From the NCBI GenBank assembly GCA_023551395.1, contig GCA_023551395.1_3945.1: a stretch of 64,000 nt of DNA; one strand, 5' to 3'. The translations under genes and the position numbers were made by a program. This document shows positions 21,759 to 32,022 of this stretch, one piece after another (within the stretch, counting starts at the first letter, position 1; each line of letters starts with the position of its first letter). This DNA is from a phage. The notes below the pieces were generated by a model. That model was given only the letters and a program-made list of their open reading frames with translations, did no database searches and had not been told where the DNA came from.

Positions 21759-22799
21759 ATGGAGAAGTACACATTAACAAAACTTCCCGATTCAGTTACA
21801 CATGTTTTTATTGACTCTGACAGTATTGCCTATAAAGGTGCTTGTGTAGTTGAGAAAGCAAAATATAAATACATCAATAAACTCACAGCAGAAGAATCTG
21901 AGCCATTTGATAATGCGAAAGATGCTGCAAGATGGTTAGCAGACCAGAGAATCCTTGTGGAAGAGCTTGGCCTGACATTTGATGAAGATGAATGGGAAAG
22001 ACAGACTTGGAAAGAAGCTAAGAGTGAAAAAGAAGCTATCATGGCTACTCAACAGGTGCTTCAGGAATGGCTTAAGATTGTTGGTAAAGAGAGAACTTGG
22101 GTAGGTTATTTAACAGAGAAAGGTGTACATAAACATAAAGACATTAAAGGTCTTGAGCACCAATATCAAGGTAACCGTAAAGATGCTGTCACACCAACAC
22201 ACTTAGTTGCTTGTCGTGAGTATCTTCTGTCAAGACCAGAGTTCAAACTCTTAAAGGGTGGCTTCGAAGCCGATTCAATCGTAATTGCTAAAGCTGAAAA
22301 GATGGGTAAGAAAGCTGCTCTTATGAGTATTGACAAAGACCTTCGACAAGCTGAAGGAACTTATTGTATTGATATGACCTATGAAAAATCACCACTAATT
22401 TTTATTGCTGATAATAATGTTGGTGATATCTGGGATTGTCCTATCAAATCAAAACCAAAAGCTTCAAAAACAGTTGGTGTAGGTTTTAAATTCTTGTGTT
22501 ATCAGGCTGTTGCTGGAGATAATGCAGACAACTACTTTGGCCTTAAAGGTGCTGGTAAAGTAGCTGTGATGAATGCTTTAGACGGTAAAGAGACCTACAA
22601 AGAGTGTCTTGATGCTATCTATGAACTTTATGCTAAAAAAGACTCTTATACCTATGTGTCATGGGATGGACAGACTGTTACAAAGACACCGTTAGAGTTA
22701 ATGGAACAGCATTTCTGGATAGCATATCAAGAGAGAAATCCAAAAGACAATTTCTCTTTCAAGAAATATAATTGGGAGCCGTGTATGAATGAAGATTAA
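21759..22799 (+). CDS. 5'-3' exonuclease / flap endonuclease
   Basis: N-terminal VFIDSDSIAYKGA matches the FEN N-terminal Mg site; GDNADNYFGLKGAGKVAVMNAL matches the H3TH motif. Confidence 0.7.
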   Translation: MEKYTLTKLPDSVTHVFIDSDSIAYKGACVVEKAKYKYINKLTAEESEPFDNAKDAARWLADQRILVEELGLTFDEDEWERQTWKEAKSEKEAIMATQQVLQEWLKIVGKERTWVGYLTEKGVHKHKDIKGLEHQYQGNRKDAVTPTHLVACREYLLSRPEFKLLKGGFEADSIVIAKAEKMGKKAALMSIDKDLRQAEGTYCIDMTYEKSPLIFIADNNVGDIWDCPIKSKPKASKTVGVGFKFLCYQAVAGDNADNYFGLKGAGKVAVMNALDGKETYKECLDAIYELYAKKDSYTYVSWDGQTVTKTPLELMEQHFWIAYQERNPKDNFSFKKYNWEPCMNED

Positions 22800-23286
22800 A
22801 GGATTTGGCAATTGCCCCACCTATGGTCATTGGGTATCTTTATGTGGGGAAGTTGACCCCACTAAACATTTTGGCTTTGTCTATTTAGTACACTGTAAGA
22901 AGACTGGACAATATTATATCGGAAAGAAACAGCTTAATAGTGTGACTAAAAGAAAAGTTGCTGGCAAGACTCGGAAGAAGGTAGTCACTAAGGAGAGTGA
23001 TTGGATGACTTATGAGACTTCTTCTGAGTATATTAAAAAAGATATTGAGAGCTTTGGAAAAGAATTTTTTGACTTTTACATTATTCAGACCTACTACACA
23101 AAAGGTGGCCTAGTCTATGGTGAAGCAAACCTTCAACATAAATTCGATGTAATGACAAAAAGGATTGACTCGAAGCTCAGACTCTTCTACAATGCCAATA
23201 TTGCAGCAATTAAGTTTATTACTAAAGAAACTTATGAAGATGCTGAAAAAAGAATCCATAAGGTAATGAAAGCAAATTGTGCTTGA
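22789..23286 (+). CDS. GIY-YIG-like nuclease domain protein
   Basis: FGFVYLVHCKKTGQYYIGKK resembles a GIY-YIG motif. Confidence 0.4.
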   Translation: MKIKGFGNCPTYGHWVSLCGEVDPTKHFGFVYLVHCKKTGQYYIGKKQLNSVTKRKVAGKTRKKVVTKESDWMTYETSSEYIKKDIESFGKEFFDFYIIQTYYTKGGLVYGEANLQHKFDVMTKRIDSKLRLFYNANIAAIKFITKETYEDAEKRIHKVMKANCA

Positions 23287-23292
23287 TAACTA

Positions 23293-23556
23293 TTGAGAGA
23301 GAATAAAATGTTTAACAAAAGCAAAGCTGTGAGTCATGTAGCAAAAGTTGACAGCAAGATTGAAGAACTTGAGCGCATCCTTGCAAATGCTAGAGAGTCA
23401 ATAATCAAAGAAGTTGAAGCTGTTGAATCTCAAATGCAGCACCTAATGCTTAAACGTCAAGAGCTACGTGAGCATCTAGAATATATTGAAACACGAGAGC
23501 TAAAAGTTAACAGATATTTTAAGGAGTCCGAATGTTTAACTCAAGAGAATCAGTAA
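23293..23556 (+). CDS. small coiled-coil protein
   Basis: 87 aa ORF. Confidence 0.4.
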   Translation: MRENKMFNKSKAVSHVAKVDSKIEELERILANARESIIKEVEAVESQMQHLMLKRQELREHLEYIETRELKVNRYFKESECLTQENQ

Positions 23557-24287
23557 AAAACTGGAACCTTCGTTGTGGAAACACTCAAAAGCAACCTTAC
23601 AGTAATGAGTATTGGGAATCTTTAAAATCTCAATCTCTGTGTATGCTTGAAGAAGCAAAAGAGCTTGTAAAAGCAATTGAAGAGAAAGACCCCATTGAGA
23701 CACTGGATGCTCAGGCAGATTTACAATATGTTCTTGACGGTTTGATTTACCTGTCACAACATGACCATAACGGTGCTATGGAAGCTGTTTGCCATAATAA
23801 TGACCTGAAGTACACAGATGACTATGAAGAAGCTTTAAAACGTCTTGCAGACATTGAAAAGCGTACTGGTCAAGAGTGTATTATTCGAATGTCAGTGGTT
23901 GATGGTAAAGAGTGGTATGCGATTGTCCGTGCAGCCGATGGGAAGATTATGAAGCAATCAAATCTCCCTAAAGTACAGCTTGGTGAATACATTGTAGAGC
24001 TTGAAAGCCAAGAACTTTTTGTGGTAGTATCTGAGACATGCGTTATCTGCAAAGGTATTGTAGGTAGCTTAAAGGATTTGGGTGTAGATGGTTTTGTAGA
24101 AGTTAATCCAATTACCTCTAAAGCAGATAAAGACTTCTGTAAAGAGAATGGACTATGGATTGCAGATATTGTCTACTATGATGGTGAGCAGTTCCATGTA
24201 ACCTCATACCCGAAACTGAATTATGATGCTAATAACCTGAAGTGCTGGTTAAAAGGGGTTGGTTATAATGGATTCACAGAACATTAA
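23532..24287 (+). CDS. hypothetical protein
   Basis: 251 aa ORF. Confidence 0.5.
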   Translation: MFNSRESVKNWNLRCGNTQKQPYSNEYWESLKSQSLCMLEEAKELVKAIEEKDPIETLDAQADLQYVLDGLIYLSQHDHNGAMEAVCHNNDLKYTDDYEEALKRLADIEKRTGQECIIRMSVVDGKEWYAIVRAADGKIMKQSNLPKVQLGEYIVELESQELFVVVSETCVICKGIVGSLKDLGVDGFVEVNPITSKADKDFCKENGLWIADIVYYDGEQFHVTSYPKLNYDANNLKCWLKGVGYNGFTEH

Positions 24288-24591
24288 TAAAGAGGGTGTG
24301 GCTCAGAAGAGCCACTTCTCAAACTACAATATTTCTATGACGGTGTTTATGAATGACCCGTTACTTGAAAAGTATGGTGAGACTCCAGATACACTTCTGG
24401 ATAATGAACAAGTTTTAAAAGCAGTCCTGTACAAATACGGGATTGACATTGAGAAAGAGTATTCTTTTGAAATCTGCCAACACAGGAATACTTTTGGTAA
24501 AGTTGTGATGGCTCCACTTTTTATGGGTGTAGAAAGGACTGACTACGGTTGGTTATATCTAAAAAGAAACTTGGAGAAATACCGTGTTTAA
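24259..24591 (+). CDS. hypothetical protein
   Basis: 110 aa ORF. Confidence 0.4.
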   Translation: MVIMDSQNINKEGVAQKSHFSNYNISMTVFMNDPLLEKYGETPDTLLDNEQVLKAVLYKYGIDIEKEYSFEICQHRNTFGKVVMAPLFMGVERTDYGWLYLKRNLEKYRV

Positions 24592-24919
24592 AGCAAAGAA
24601 GTTAGATTACGATGCCATTATCTCTGGTGCTAAATTAGGTGTTGACAGTCTCGGACGGGACGTTAAACACGGAGACACAGTTATGTACTGTGATGACCGA
24701 AGAGGAAGAAGTGCAATCTTGTTTGGAAAAGTTGTATGTAAAATACGCGGTAATTATGTTGTTTCAGATATGGATGGCAACGTCGCACAAAAGCTCAAAA
24801 TAATCATGGATAGCAAGACTCCATCATGGCTCTTAAATTGTATGCACGCTTCGTCTATCACAAAAGTAAGTGATAAGTTTTACGATATGTGGCAGAATGA
24901 GCAAATTTTCAAGATTTAA
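24584..24919 (+). CDS. hypothetical protein
   Basis: 111 aa ORF. Confidence 0.4.
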   Translation: MFKAKKLDYDAIISGAKLGVDSLGRDVKHGDTVMYCDDRRGRSAILFGKVVCKIRGNYVVSDMDGNVAQKLKIIMDSKTPSWLLNCMHASSITKVSDKFYDMWQNEQIFKI

Positions 24920-24925
24920 ACTAGG

Positions 24926-24947
24926 GAGCCTCTTCGGAGGCTCTTTT
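24926..24947 (+). terminator. Rho-independent terminator
   Basis: GAGCCTC-TTCG-GAGGCTC hairpin plus TTTT. Confidence 0.55.
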
Positions 24948-24965
24948 CATCTGTAGGATTCGAAA

Positions 24966-27200
24966 ATGATTAAGACAATTAAAAAATCAAATGGTACAGT
25001 AGTAAGCTTTGACCCAGAAAGACTGAATAAGTGGGCATCATGGGCAGATAAACGTGGAATTATCTGGTCAGAAGTCACTATGGAAGCTATGAAACGTGTC
25101 TATGAGGGTTGCACTACAAAAGAGATGCACCAAGCCATGATTGATGTTTGTGTTGATAAACAAACTCAAGAGTACTCAGATATGGCTGGACGACTGCTTT
25201 TGGGTATTATCTACAAAGAAGCCTTTGGAGGCTTTACTAAGGTTCCTACGCTGATTACCTTCGTTAAAAATATGGAGAGAGCAGGACTTTGGGAGAAGAT
25301 GGATTATTCACAGGAAGAGCTTGAATACCTGCAAGGTTACATCGTGCACTCAAAAGATATCTCTTACGGTTATGCAGTCTTGAAACAGTTCAGAGACAAG
25401 TATGGTATCCGTGATATTAAAACGGGGAGACTGTTTGAGTCACCACAATTTATGTTTATGGGTATGGCTATGAAAGCCTTTGAGAAGCAACCAAAGCACC
25501 GTAGGCTGCAAGATGTTATCAAGCTGTACACTTATCTATCTGACCTGAAGATTAACGCTCCTACGCCTTATTTAAATGGTTTAAGAGCAACTAAATCCGG
25601 TTATGCGTCATGCTGTTTGATTAAGGCAAATGATACTGCTGAGTCTCTCGGTATTGCTGCAAAGGTTGCTTATGATATGACCACAAAGCAAGCTGGTATT
25701 GGTATGCTGATGGAGACACGTACTATTGGTGATGGTATCCGTCAAAATACGATTGAGCACATGGGTAAACTACCTTATTACAAGCTTGTACGTTCATCTG
25801 TAGAGGCAAACAAACAGAAGAGCCGTGGTGGTTCAGCTAACAACTTCTACACTGCTCTAGACCCACAGATTGAGGACTTACTGCGTTTGAAGCACCCTAC
25901 AACGGTTCCTTCTAAACGTATTAATGAGATGGACTACTCATTCGGCACAAACGATTATTTCTGGCAGTGTGTTCAGTATGATACGGATTGGTTGCTATTC
26001 TCTTACAAAGATGCACCAAAACTCTATGACATGTTCTACACAGCATCTGCTGATGAGTTTGCTATGGCAGTTGGTCACGCAGTACATTCAGGAGTTAAGC
26101 ACAGACGAGTAAAGGCTCGTGAAATTGCCAAGCTGTTTATTCAACAGCGTTATGCTACAGGTCGTGTGTATCCATTCTTCACTAACAATGCGAACACACA
26201 TACACCATTTAAAGAACCATTGAAGATGTCAAATCTTTGTATGGAAATTGTGTTGCCAGTGTATGGTTTTGAGAAAGAGACAGACCTTTACAGAGACGAT
26301 GCTGTGAAAGAGGATGGTGAGGTGGCTCTTTGCTTCCTAGCTAGTTTGGTTGCAGGGAGAATTTCAGAAGATGAATACGCTGACGTTGCTTATTATGCTC
26401 TTGCAATGGTTGACTCCGTTATTGACCTTATGGATTATCCGTATCCGTCGATGCGTAACCATGTTCAGAAGCGTCGTTCTGTTGGGATTGGCCTTACAAA
26501 TGTGGCTCATTACCTTGCGAAGAACTACGTGAACTACTCTTCACGAGCAGGTAAAACGAAACTTCATGAACTTGCAGAGATGCACTCTTACTATCTGCAT
26601 GAAGCCTCGCTGAGACTTGCTAAAGAGCGTGGCGTTCCAGAATACATGAAGTTCACTAAGTATCCCGAAGGCTGGGTTCCTCCAAAGACAGCTAACAAGA
26701 AGATTGATGAAAAGCATGATGCAAAACTACGATATGATTGGGATGACTTAGCACAACGTATCAAAGAAAATGGTGGAATCCGAAACTCTGTATTAGAAGC
26801 TTACATGCCTAATGAGAGTTCTTCACTGGCAACCAATACGACAAATGGCTTGTATCCAATTCGTGACTTTATTTTAACTAAAAAGTCTGCAACTGGTAAC
26901 GTACTGTTTATTGTTCCAGATTATGAAGAGTTGAAGTATGTATATGAAATTGCTTGGGGTATTGACACCTTTGACCTGATTGATTGTTATGCAATTGTTC
27001 AAAAGTTCACTGGTCAAGCTATCTCTTCAGATTTCTATGTTGACTACGCAAAAGCTAAGAAGGTATCATTGGCTCAAGCTTTGAAGTACATGATTTATGC
27101 CAACTCGGTAGGTATGAAAACCATGTACTACCTTAACAGTCGCATTGGTGTAGGTAAATCTGCACTGCAAGATGCTTATTGCGAGGGTTGTGGTGTTTAG
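24966..27200 (+). CDS. nrdA: ribonucleotide reductase class Ia, alpha subunit
   Basis: 744 aa; N-terminal ATP-cone-like segment; active-site NLCMEI; C-terminal Cys pair CEGCGV. Confidence 0.9.
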   Translation: MIKTIKKSNGTVVSFDPERLNKWASWADKRGIIWSEVTMEAMKRVYEGCTTKEMHQAMIDVCVDKQTQEYSDMAGRLLLGIIYKEAFGGFTKVPTLITFVKNMERAGLWEKMDYSQEELEYLQGYIVHSKDISYGYAVLKQFRDKYGIRDIKTGRLFESPQFMFMGMAMKAFEKQPKHRRLQDVIKLYTYLSDLKINAPTPYLNGLRATKSGYASCCLIKANDTAESLGIAAKVAYDMTTKQAGIGMLMETRTIGDGIRQNTIEHMGKLPYYKLVRSSVEANKQKSRGGSANNFYTALDPQIEDLLRLKHPTTVPSKRINEMDYSFGTNDYFWQCVQYDTDWLLFSYKDAPKLYDMFYTASADEFAMAVGHAVHSGVKHRRVKAREIAKLFIQQRYATGRVYPFFTNNANTHTPFKEPLKMSNLCMEIVLPVYGFEKETDLYRDDAVKEDGEVALCFLASLVAGRISEDEYADVAYYALAMVDSVIDLMDYPYPSMRNHVQKRRSVGIGLTNVAHYLAKNYVNYSSRAGKTKLHELAEMHSYYLHEASLRLAKERGVPEYMKFTKYPEGWVPPKTANKKIDEKHDAKLRYDWDDLAQRIKENGGIRNSVLEAYMPNESSSLATNTTNGLYPIRDFILTKKSATGNVLFIVPDYEELKYVYEIAWGIDTFDLIDCYAIVQKFTGQAISSDFYVDYAKAKKVSLAQALKYMIYANSVGMKTMYYLNSRIGVGKSALQDAYCEGCGV

Positions 27201-27255
27201 TTTTAACAATTATGAGGGTCGTAAAAGACCCTCTAAAAATAACTTTGGAGAGACC

Positions 27256-27513
27256 ATGAAAGATTTAATAGAAAAACATGAGCGACCAATATACTTGCTC
27301 TACAAACCCCGCAAAACATTGTACTATGTGAGCAGCACAGGTATCATGATAAAGCAGAATGATGACTTATGGGTCACTGGAGCCTCTTATATCTCTACAG
27401 CAGATGGTAAAATTTACGCAAGACCTTATGAGATGTTTAACAAAGAAAATTGGGAAGTTTTAGACAGAAAACAAGCCTTAGAAATGATAAAGAAAGGAGA
27501 AATCACGCTATGA
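27256..27513 (+). CDS. small protein between nrdA and nrdB
   Basis: ORF 27172..27513 starts inside nrdA; the internal Met at 27256 gives a non-overlapping 85 aa gene. Confidence 0.3.
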   Translation: MKDLIEKHERPIYLLYKPRKTLYYVSSTGIMIKQNDDLWVTGASYISTADGKIYARPYEMFNKENWEVLDRKQALEMIKKGEITL

Positions 27514-28583
27514 TTAACCAGCACCCAATCTTTTTAGGTGGTGAGAGAAAAACTTTTGACTCACTTAATAAGCACTACCCAAAAATCTTTGAACTTTATA
27601 AACAACAAAAAGCACAAGACTGGTCAGAAGATGAGTTCCCTTTTGAACAATCACGTCTTGATTTTGAGAGTGTTCCAGCATCAATGTCAGGTGTAATGCT
27701 TGAGATTCTTAAGTGGCAATGGGAAGCAGACACTCAAGTTGCTAAGAGCTTGGCATTTGCCTTTGCACCCTTTATCTCTGATGACATCTATGCAACTGCA
27801 ATTATGAAGCAGTCTGAGATTGAAAACCTACATGCTCTTACTTACTCAGAGATTGTAAGACAATGTATTAAAAACCCTGAAACAATCTTAGATGAGATTA
27901 ACCAGAATGTTGCTGTGCAAGACCGATTAAAAACTGTGAATCGTGTTCTTGAAGAATTACTGGATGAAGGTATAAACTATCGCCTGAGTTATGTGCGTGA
28001 TTCGCTTCTGGACAAAGACCCTTTACACTTCCATAAAGTGATTCTAAAAGGTCTATTTGCAGTGACTGCACTGGAAGGTATATCTTTTATGGCATCCTTT
28101 GCATGTACTTTTGCACTTGATGCTCAAGATAAATTTCAGGGTATTGCTCAAGCTGTGCAGAAGATTATGCTTGATGAAATCCTTCACACTAAAATTGATA
28201 TTGAAGTTTTAAAAGAAACTTTAAGAGATGATGAGTGGCAGAAAGCTTTTCAACAAATTCTTCCAGAGATTAAAGTAATCTTAGATGAAGTAGTTGAAAG
28301 TGAAGAGAAATGGTCGTATTATATCTTCTCCGAAGGACGTGCTGTAGTTGGCTTAAATACAAAGCTTCTTCATGAGTGGGTTTACTATAATGCTGCCCCA
28401 CTGTATGATATGTTTGGCATTCCCAGAGATTTTGTAGCTCCTAAAGAACCACCTTTGAAGTATATGATTAAGAAGATGGAAATTGATAAAGAGCAGAATG
28501 CTAATCAGGAGCAACAGAACGGTGCGTACCTGTTGAATACTATTGTAGATGATTTGAATAGTGGATTTTTAGAGGTTCCTTAA
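27510..28583 (+). CDS. nrdB: ribonucleotide reductase class Ia, beta subunit
   Basis: Follows nrdA; start placed at MINQHPIF (AAGGAG RBS upstream) rather than the track start at 27450; helical di-iron protein size; acidic C-terminus. Confidence 0.8.
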   Translation: MINQHPIFLGGERKTFDSLNKHYPKIFELYKQQKAQDWSEDEFPFEQSRLDFESVPASMSGVMLEILKWQWEADTQVAKSLAFAFAPFISDDIYATAIMKQSEIENLHALTYSEIVRQCIKNPETILDEINQNVAVQDRLKTVNRVLEELLDEGINYRLSYVRDSLLDKDPLHFHKVILKGLFAVTALEGISFMASFACTFALDAQDKFQGIAQAVQKIMLDEILHTKIDIEVLKETLRDDEWQKAFQQILPEIKVILDEVVESEEKWSYYIFSEGRAVVGLNTKLLHEWVYYNAAPLYDMFGIPRDFVAPKEPPLKYMIKKMEIDKEQNANQEQQNGAYLLNTIVDDLNSGFLEVP

Positions 28584-28825
28584 TGACTTATGTGATTTAC
28601 TCCAAAACTGGATGCCCTCAGTGTGAGACTGCAAAGAATTTTGCAAAAGCTCGTGGTATTGACCATGTTGTGAGAATGTTAGGGCAGGATTATGAACTGT
28701 CAGACCTGATGGATATTGCACAGATGCCAGTTCGTCAGATGCCGTTCATCATGAAAACTGATGGACAAAACCTAAAACCTGTTGGAACGCTACAGAATTT
28801 TATGGCAGAGGTGAATAATGCTTAA
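28583..28825 (+). CDS. glutaredoxin-like (NrdH-type) redoxin
   Basis: 80 aa with N-terminal CPQC active site, directly after nrdB. Confidence 0.6.
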   Translation: MTYVIYSKTGCPQCETAKNFAKARGIDHVVRMLGQDYELSDLMDIAQMPVRQMPFIMKTDGQNLKPVGTLQNFMAEVNNA

Positions 28826-29024
28826 ACGCCTTTGGGAAGGTTTGGTTGTTGATGCACCAGCTATTGTGATTGGTATGCTTATTGTTAACCTATTTACTGA
28901 CTTTGAACAAGGTTCATTGTTTGGAGCCATGTTACTATGGGTTATCTTCGAAATATTAGAGATACAGCTAGGCATCACTGAAAAACTGAGAAAACTCGTT
29001 TCTAAGTTTTCTAAAAAGATTTAA
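28818..29024 (+). CDS. small membrane protein
   Basis: 68 aa, two hydrophobic segments. Confidence 0.35.
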   Translation: MLKRLWEGLVVDAPAIVIGMLIVNLFTDFEQGSLFGAMLLWVIFEILEIQLGITEKLRKLVSKFSKKI

Positions 29025-29032
29025 AATGAAAG

Positions 29033-29053
29033 GGTCTCTTCGGAGACCTTTTT
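29033..29053 (+). terminator. Rho-independent terminator
   Basis: GGTCTC-TTCG-GAGACC hairpin plus TTTTT. Confidence 0.55.
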
Positions 29054-29072
29054 AGCATGTAAAGGGGCAATA

Positions 29073-31217
29073 ATGAACAAAGTACAGATTATTAAAAAGA
29101 ACGGCTCACTTGAAGAACCCGATATCAAAAAAGTTTTAGCAGCAGTAGCTAAGTCAGCTAACAGGGTTGGATATAAAGAACTTCCACCAGATGTTACCCA
29201 AGCTCTTGAGTCAGCATTCATGAGGATTTTGGTAAAGTCCACTAAGCAGAATAATTTGCTTATCTCGGTAAATGATATTCACAGTATTGTTGAAGGTGCT
29301 TTGGCAGAGGTCAATCACGAGATTTATGAGTCTTACTCAACATACAGAAATTACCGTAAAGAGGTTGCTCAAAATTGGGACGAACTCTACCAGAAGACTA
29401 AAGATACACTCTTCTTAGGTGACCGTGAAAATGCTAACTTTGACAGCAGTTTAATTTCTACGAAAGGTTCAATTATCCGTGGTTACCTGACTAAAGAAAT
29501 ATTTAAACAGTATCATCTAACACCAGAGGAACTTGAAGCCATTGAGAAAGGCTTTATCTATATCCACGATTTGAGAGACCTGATTTTTGGTGGTATTAAC
29601 TGTTGCCTGTTTGACATTGGTAAAGTACTAAAAGGTGGCTTTGAAATGTCCGGCATTGAGTACTGTGAACCTAAATCTGTACTGTCAGCGTTGCAGGTTA
29701 TTGGTGACGTAGTACTTTCAGCAACTGCACAGCAATTTGGTGGTTTTACTTTAGCAGAGATTGATAAGGTACTTGTACCGTATGCTAAGAAGTCTCTACG
29801 CTATCATGCTGAGAAAGCATCATCTTATGGTATTCCTAAAGAGCATTACCACAATTATGTAATGGAGCAGCTACAGATTGAACTAACTCAAGGTTTCCAG
29901 TCACTTGAAATGAAACTAAATACCGTACCTTGTAGCCGTGGGGATTTTGCATTTACAACTTTGACATTCGGGTTACTTGACTCAGATATGTCTAATGAAG
30001 ATAACCGACTGCAATATATGATTGCAAGTACTCTCCTAGATGTTCGTATGAATGGACAAGGTAAGAGCAAGAAACCTGTTGTATTCCCTAAACTGGTTTA
30101 TATTTATGACCAGAAGAGACACGATGAGAATATCTGTCAAGGCCAACTGTACAGCAAAGCTATTGAGTGTTGCTCTAAAGCGATGTATCCAGATTTCTTA
30201 AGTGTATCTGGTCATGGTGCTGTAGCAGAAGCTTTTGAGCGTTCTGGCAAGGTAATTTCACCGATGGGTTGCAGAGCTTTCTTATCCCCATATCTTAACG
30301 AGAATGGAGAAGAGTTCTACGTTGGTCGTGCTAATATTGGTGCTGCATCTTTGAACTTACCAATGATTTACCAGTATTCTAAAGAGAATGGTTTAGATTT
30401 CTGGAAAGAGCTTGATAAGTACCTAGAAATGATTCGCAGCTTCCATAAGAAACGTTACGAAATGATTGCCAATATGCCAGCAAGTTCTAACCCTCTTGCA
30501 TTCACACAAGGTGGTCTGTATAAAGGGACTAAGAAGCCTACTGACAAGGTTGGTTGGGATATTGTGAAATCCTTCACAGCTTCTTTTGGGGTTACTGCTC
30601 TTGATGAGTTATCTGTTCTTGCTGAAGGTAAACGACTTCATGAAGTTGGAAGTTCTAGTTTTGCATACGATGTTCTGGCATACATTAACATGAAAACTGA
30701 AGAGTTTAAGAATGAAGATGGCTTCCTGTATGCAGTATATGGCACTCCAGCAGAGTCATTGTGTGGAACTCAGCTAAAACAGTTCAGAGATATGTTTGGT
30801 GTTATTAAAGGCGTTTCTGACAAGGAATACTTTACAAACAGTTTCCATATGAATGTTGCAGCAAACATCTCACCATTTGAGAAGCAGGACTTAGAAGAGC
30901 CATTCTTCCATATCTGTAGAGGTGGCAGAATCCAGTATGTAAGGGTAGCTAACCCAGAAAACTTACCAGCACTTAAAAGTTGTATTACCAGAGGGATGTT
31001 GAAGGGTTTTTATCAGGGACTTAACTTTGACTTAGCAATCTGTGAACATTGTGGTAACAGACCAAAGGCTGATGTTGAAGAATGTGAGGTTTGCCATTCA
31101 CATGATATCTCTGTGATTAACAGGGTGTGCGGATATCTGGGATGGACTAAGATTAAAGGTGAATCCCGAATGAACGATGCAAAAATCGCTGAGATTCGTG
31201 ACAGGATTTCTATGTAA
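29073..31217 (+). CDS. nrdD: anaerobic ribonucleoside-triphosphate reductase (class III)
   Basis: 714 aa; C-terminal glycyl-radical motif RVCGYLG and zinc ribbon CEHCG...CEVCHS. Confidence 0.9.
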   Translation: MNKVQIIKKNGSLEEPDIKKVLAAVAKSANRVGYKELPPDVTQALESAFMRILVKSTKQNNLLISVNDIHSIVEGALAEVNHEIYESYSTYRNYRKEVAQNWDELYQKTKDTLFLGDRENANFDSSLISTKGSIIRGYLTKEIFKQYHLTPEELEAIEKGFIYIHDLRDLIFGGINCCLFDIGKVLKGGFEMSGIEYCEPKSVLSALQVIGDVVLSATAQQFGGFTLAEIDKVLVPYAKKSLRYHAEKASSYGIPKEHYHNYVMEQLQIELTQGFQSLEMKLNTVPCSRGDFAFTTLTFGLLDSDMSNEDNRLQYMIASTLLDVRMNGQGKSKKPVVFPKLVYIYDQKRHDENICQGQLYSKAIECCSKAMYPDFLSVSGHGAVAEAFERSGKVISPMGCRAFLSPYLNENGEEFYVGRANIGAASLNLPMIYQYSKENGLDFWKELDKYLEMIRSFHKKRYEMIANMPASSNPLAFTQGGLYKGTKKPTDKVGWDIVKSFTASFGVTALDELSVLAEGKRLHEVGSSSFAYDVLAYINMKTEEFKNEDGFLYAVYGTPAESLCGTQLKQFRDMFGVIKGVSDKEYFTNSFHMNVAANISPFEKQDLEEPFFHICRGGRIQYVRVANPENLPALKSCITRGMLKGFYQGLNFDLAICEHCGNRPKADVEECEVCHSHDISVINRVCGYLGWTKIKGESRMNDAKIAEIRDRISM

Positions 31218-31219
31218 AA

Positions 31220-31250
31220 CTTGACAAGGTGGTGTGGGTCTTGATAGGCT
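31220..31250 (+). promoter_or_regulatory. promoter-like element with CTTGACAAGGTG motif
   Basis: AACTTGACAAGGTGG immediately after nrdD stop. Confidence 0.35.
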
Positions 31251-31370
31251 TGCATCACCTTTTTATTGGATGTTAGATATGGCAGAGAGTATTATTGGGT
31301 TGTTCATAGGTTCTGTCTTACTAGGGTTCTTTTTAGGACTCTCTTATTGTGAATTGAGAGATAAGTTAAA

Positions 31371-31571
31371 ATGTTTAAGATATCAAAAACGATGATATAC
31401 ATACTCCACATTCTAATCTTCTTCTTTGGGGTTAGTGTTATGGTATGGGGTTTTTCAGACCCACAATGGGGTTTCTCATATCATGGTCAGATGGATTTAT
31501 GGTCATGCTTCAAACCATTTTTAGGGTTAGCTATAGCATTCAGTGCATTACCAACTAAGGTGAAATTATGA
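31371..31571 (+). CDS. small membrane protein
   Basis: 66 aa, two hydrophobic helices. Confidence 0.4.
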   Translation: MFKISKTMIYILHILIFFFGVSVMVWGFSDPQWGFSYHGQMDLWSCFKPFLGLAIAFSALPTKVKL

Positions 31572-31963
31572 TTAAGTTAAACCAAAAACAGTTAGAGTGG
31601 CTTAAAGATTACGCCTCAGAGTGTGGCTCTTGCGAAAAGAATCACGTAAAATACTCAACATTCCATACGACATTCACATTGTATATCAGCGACAACGTTC
31701 TAAGCGATTCCGTAGAAGATGGTGTAGCATTGCCTAATGAATTGCTTGATAAATTAGCTGTAGTCACTGGAACGTGGAGTGAAGAAGATGGTCACGAGCT
31801 ATCTGACGATGTTGTCTTCTACAGTCTTGAAAATATTATGAATCCAGAGTACATTATGCTAATGACTTGTGCACAAGACTGTGTGCCACTACAAAACTTC
31901 ATTAAAGAGCACTGTGAAGAGTTTATTACTAAACAGGTTCCTTGTCAGGTGGTGTTTGAATGA
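31568..31963 (+). CDS. hypothetical protein
   Basis: 131 aa ORF. Confidence 0.45.
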   Translation: MIKLNQKQLEWLKDYASECGSCEKNHVKYSTFHTTFTLYISDNVLSDSVEDGVALPNELLDKLAVVTGTWSEEDGHELSDDVVFYSLENIMNPEYIMLMTCAQDCVPLQNFIKEHCEEFITKQVPCQVVFE

Positions 31964-32022
31964 GCAAAACAATTCGAAGAAAAGGTTTAAAGAACGCTTA
32001 TATGTATTGGTGAGGTAACTAG

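Noticed and set aside
27172-27513. Track start coordinates for 27172..27513 and nrdB at 27450
   Set aside because: Both starts fall inside the upstream gene; internal ATGs at 27256 and 27510 (the latter with an AAGGAG RBS) give non-overlapping genes, so those were used.
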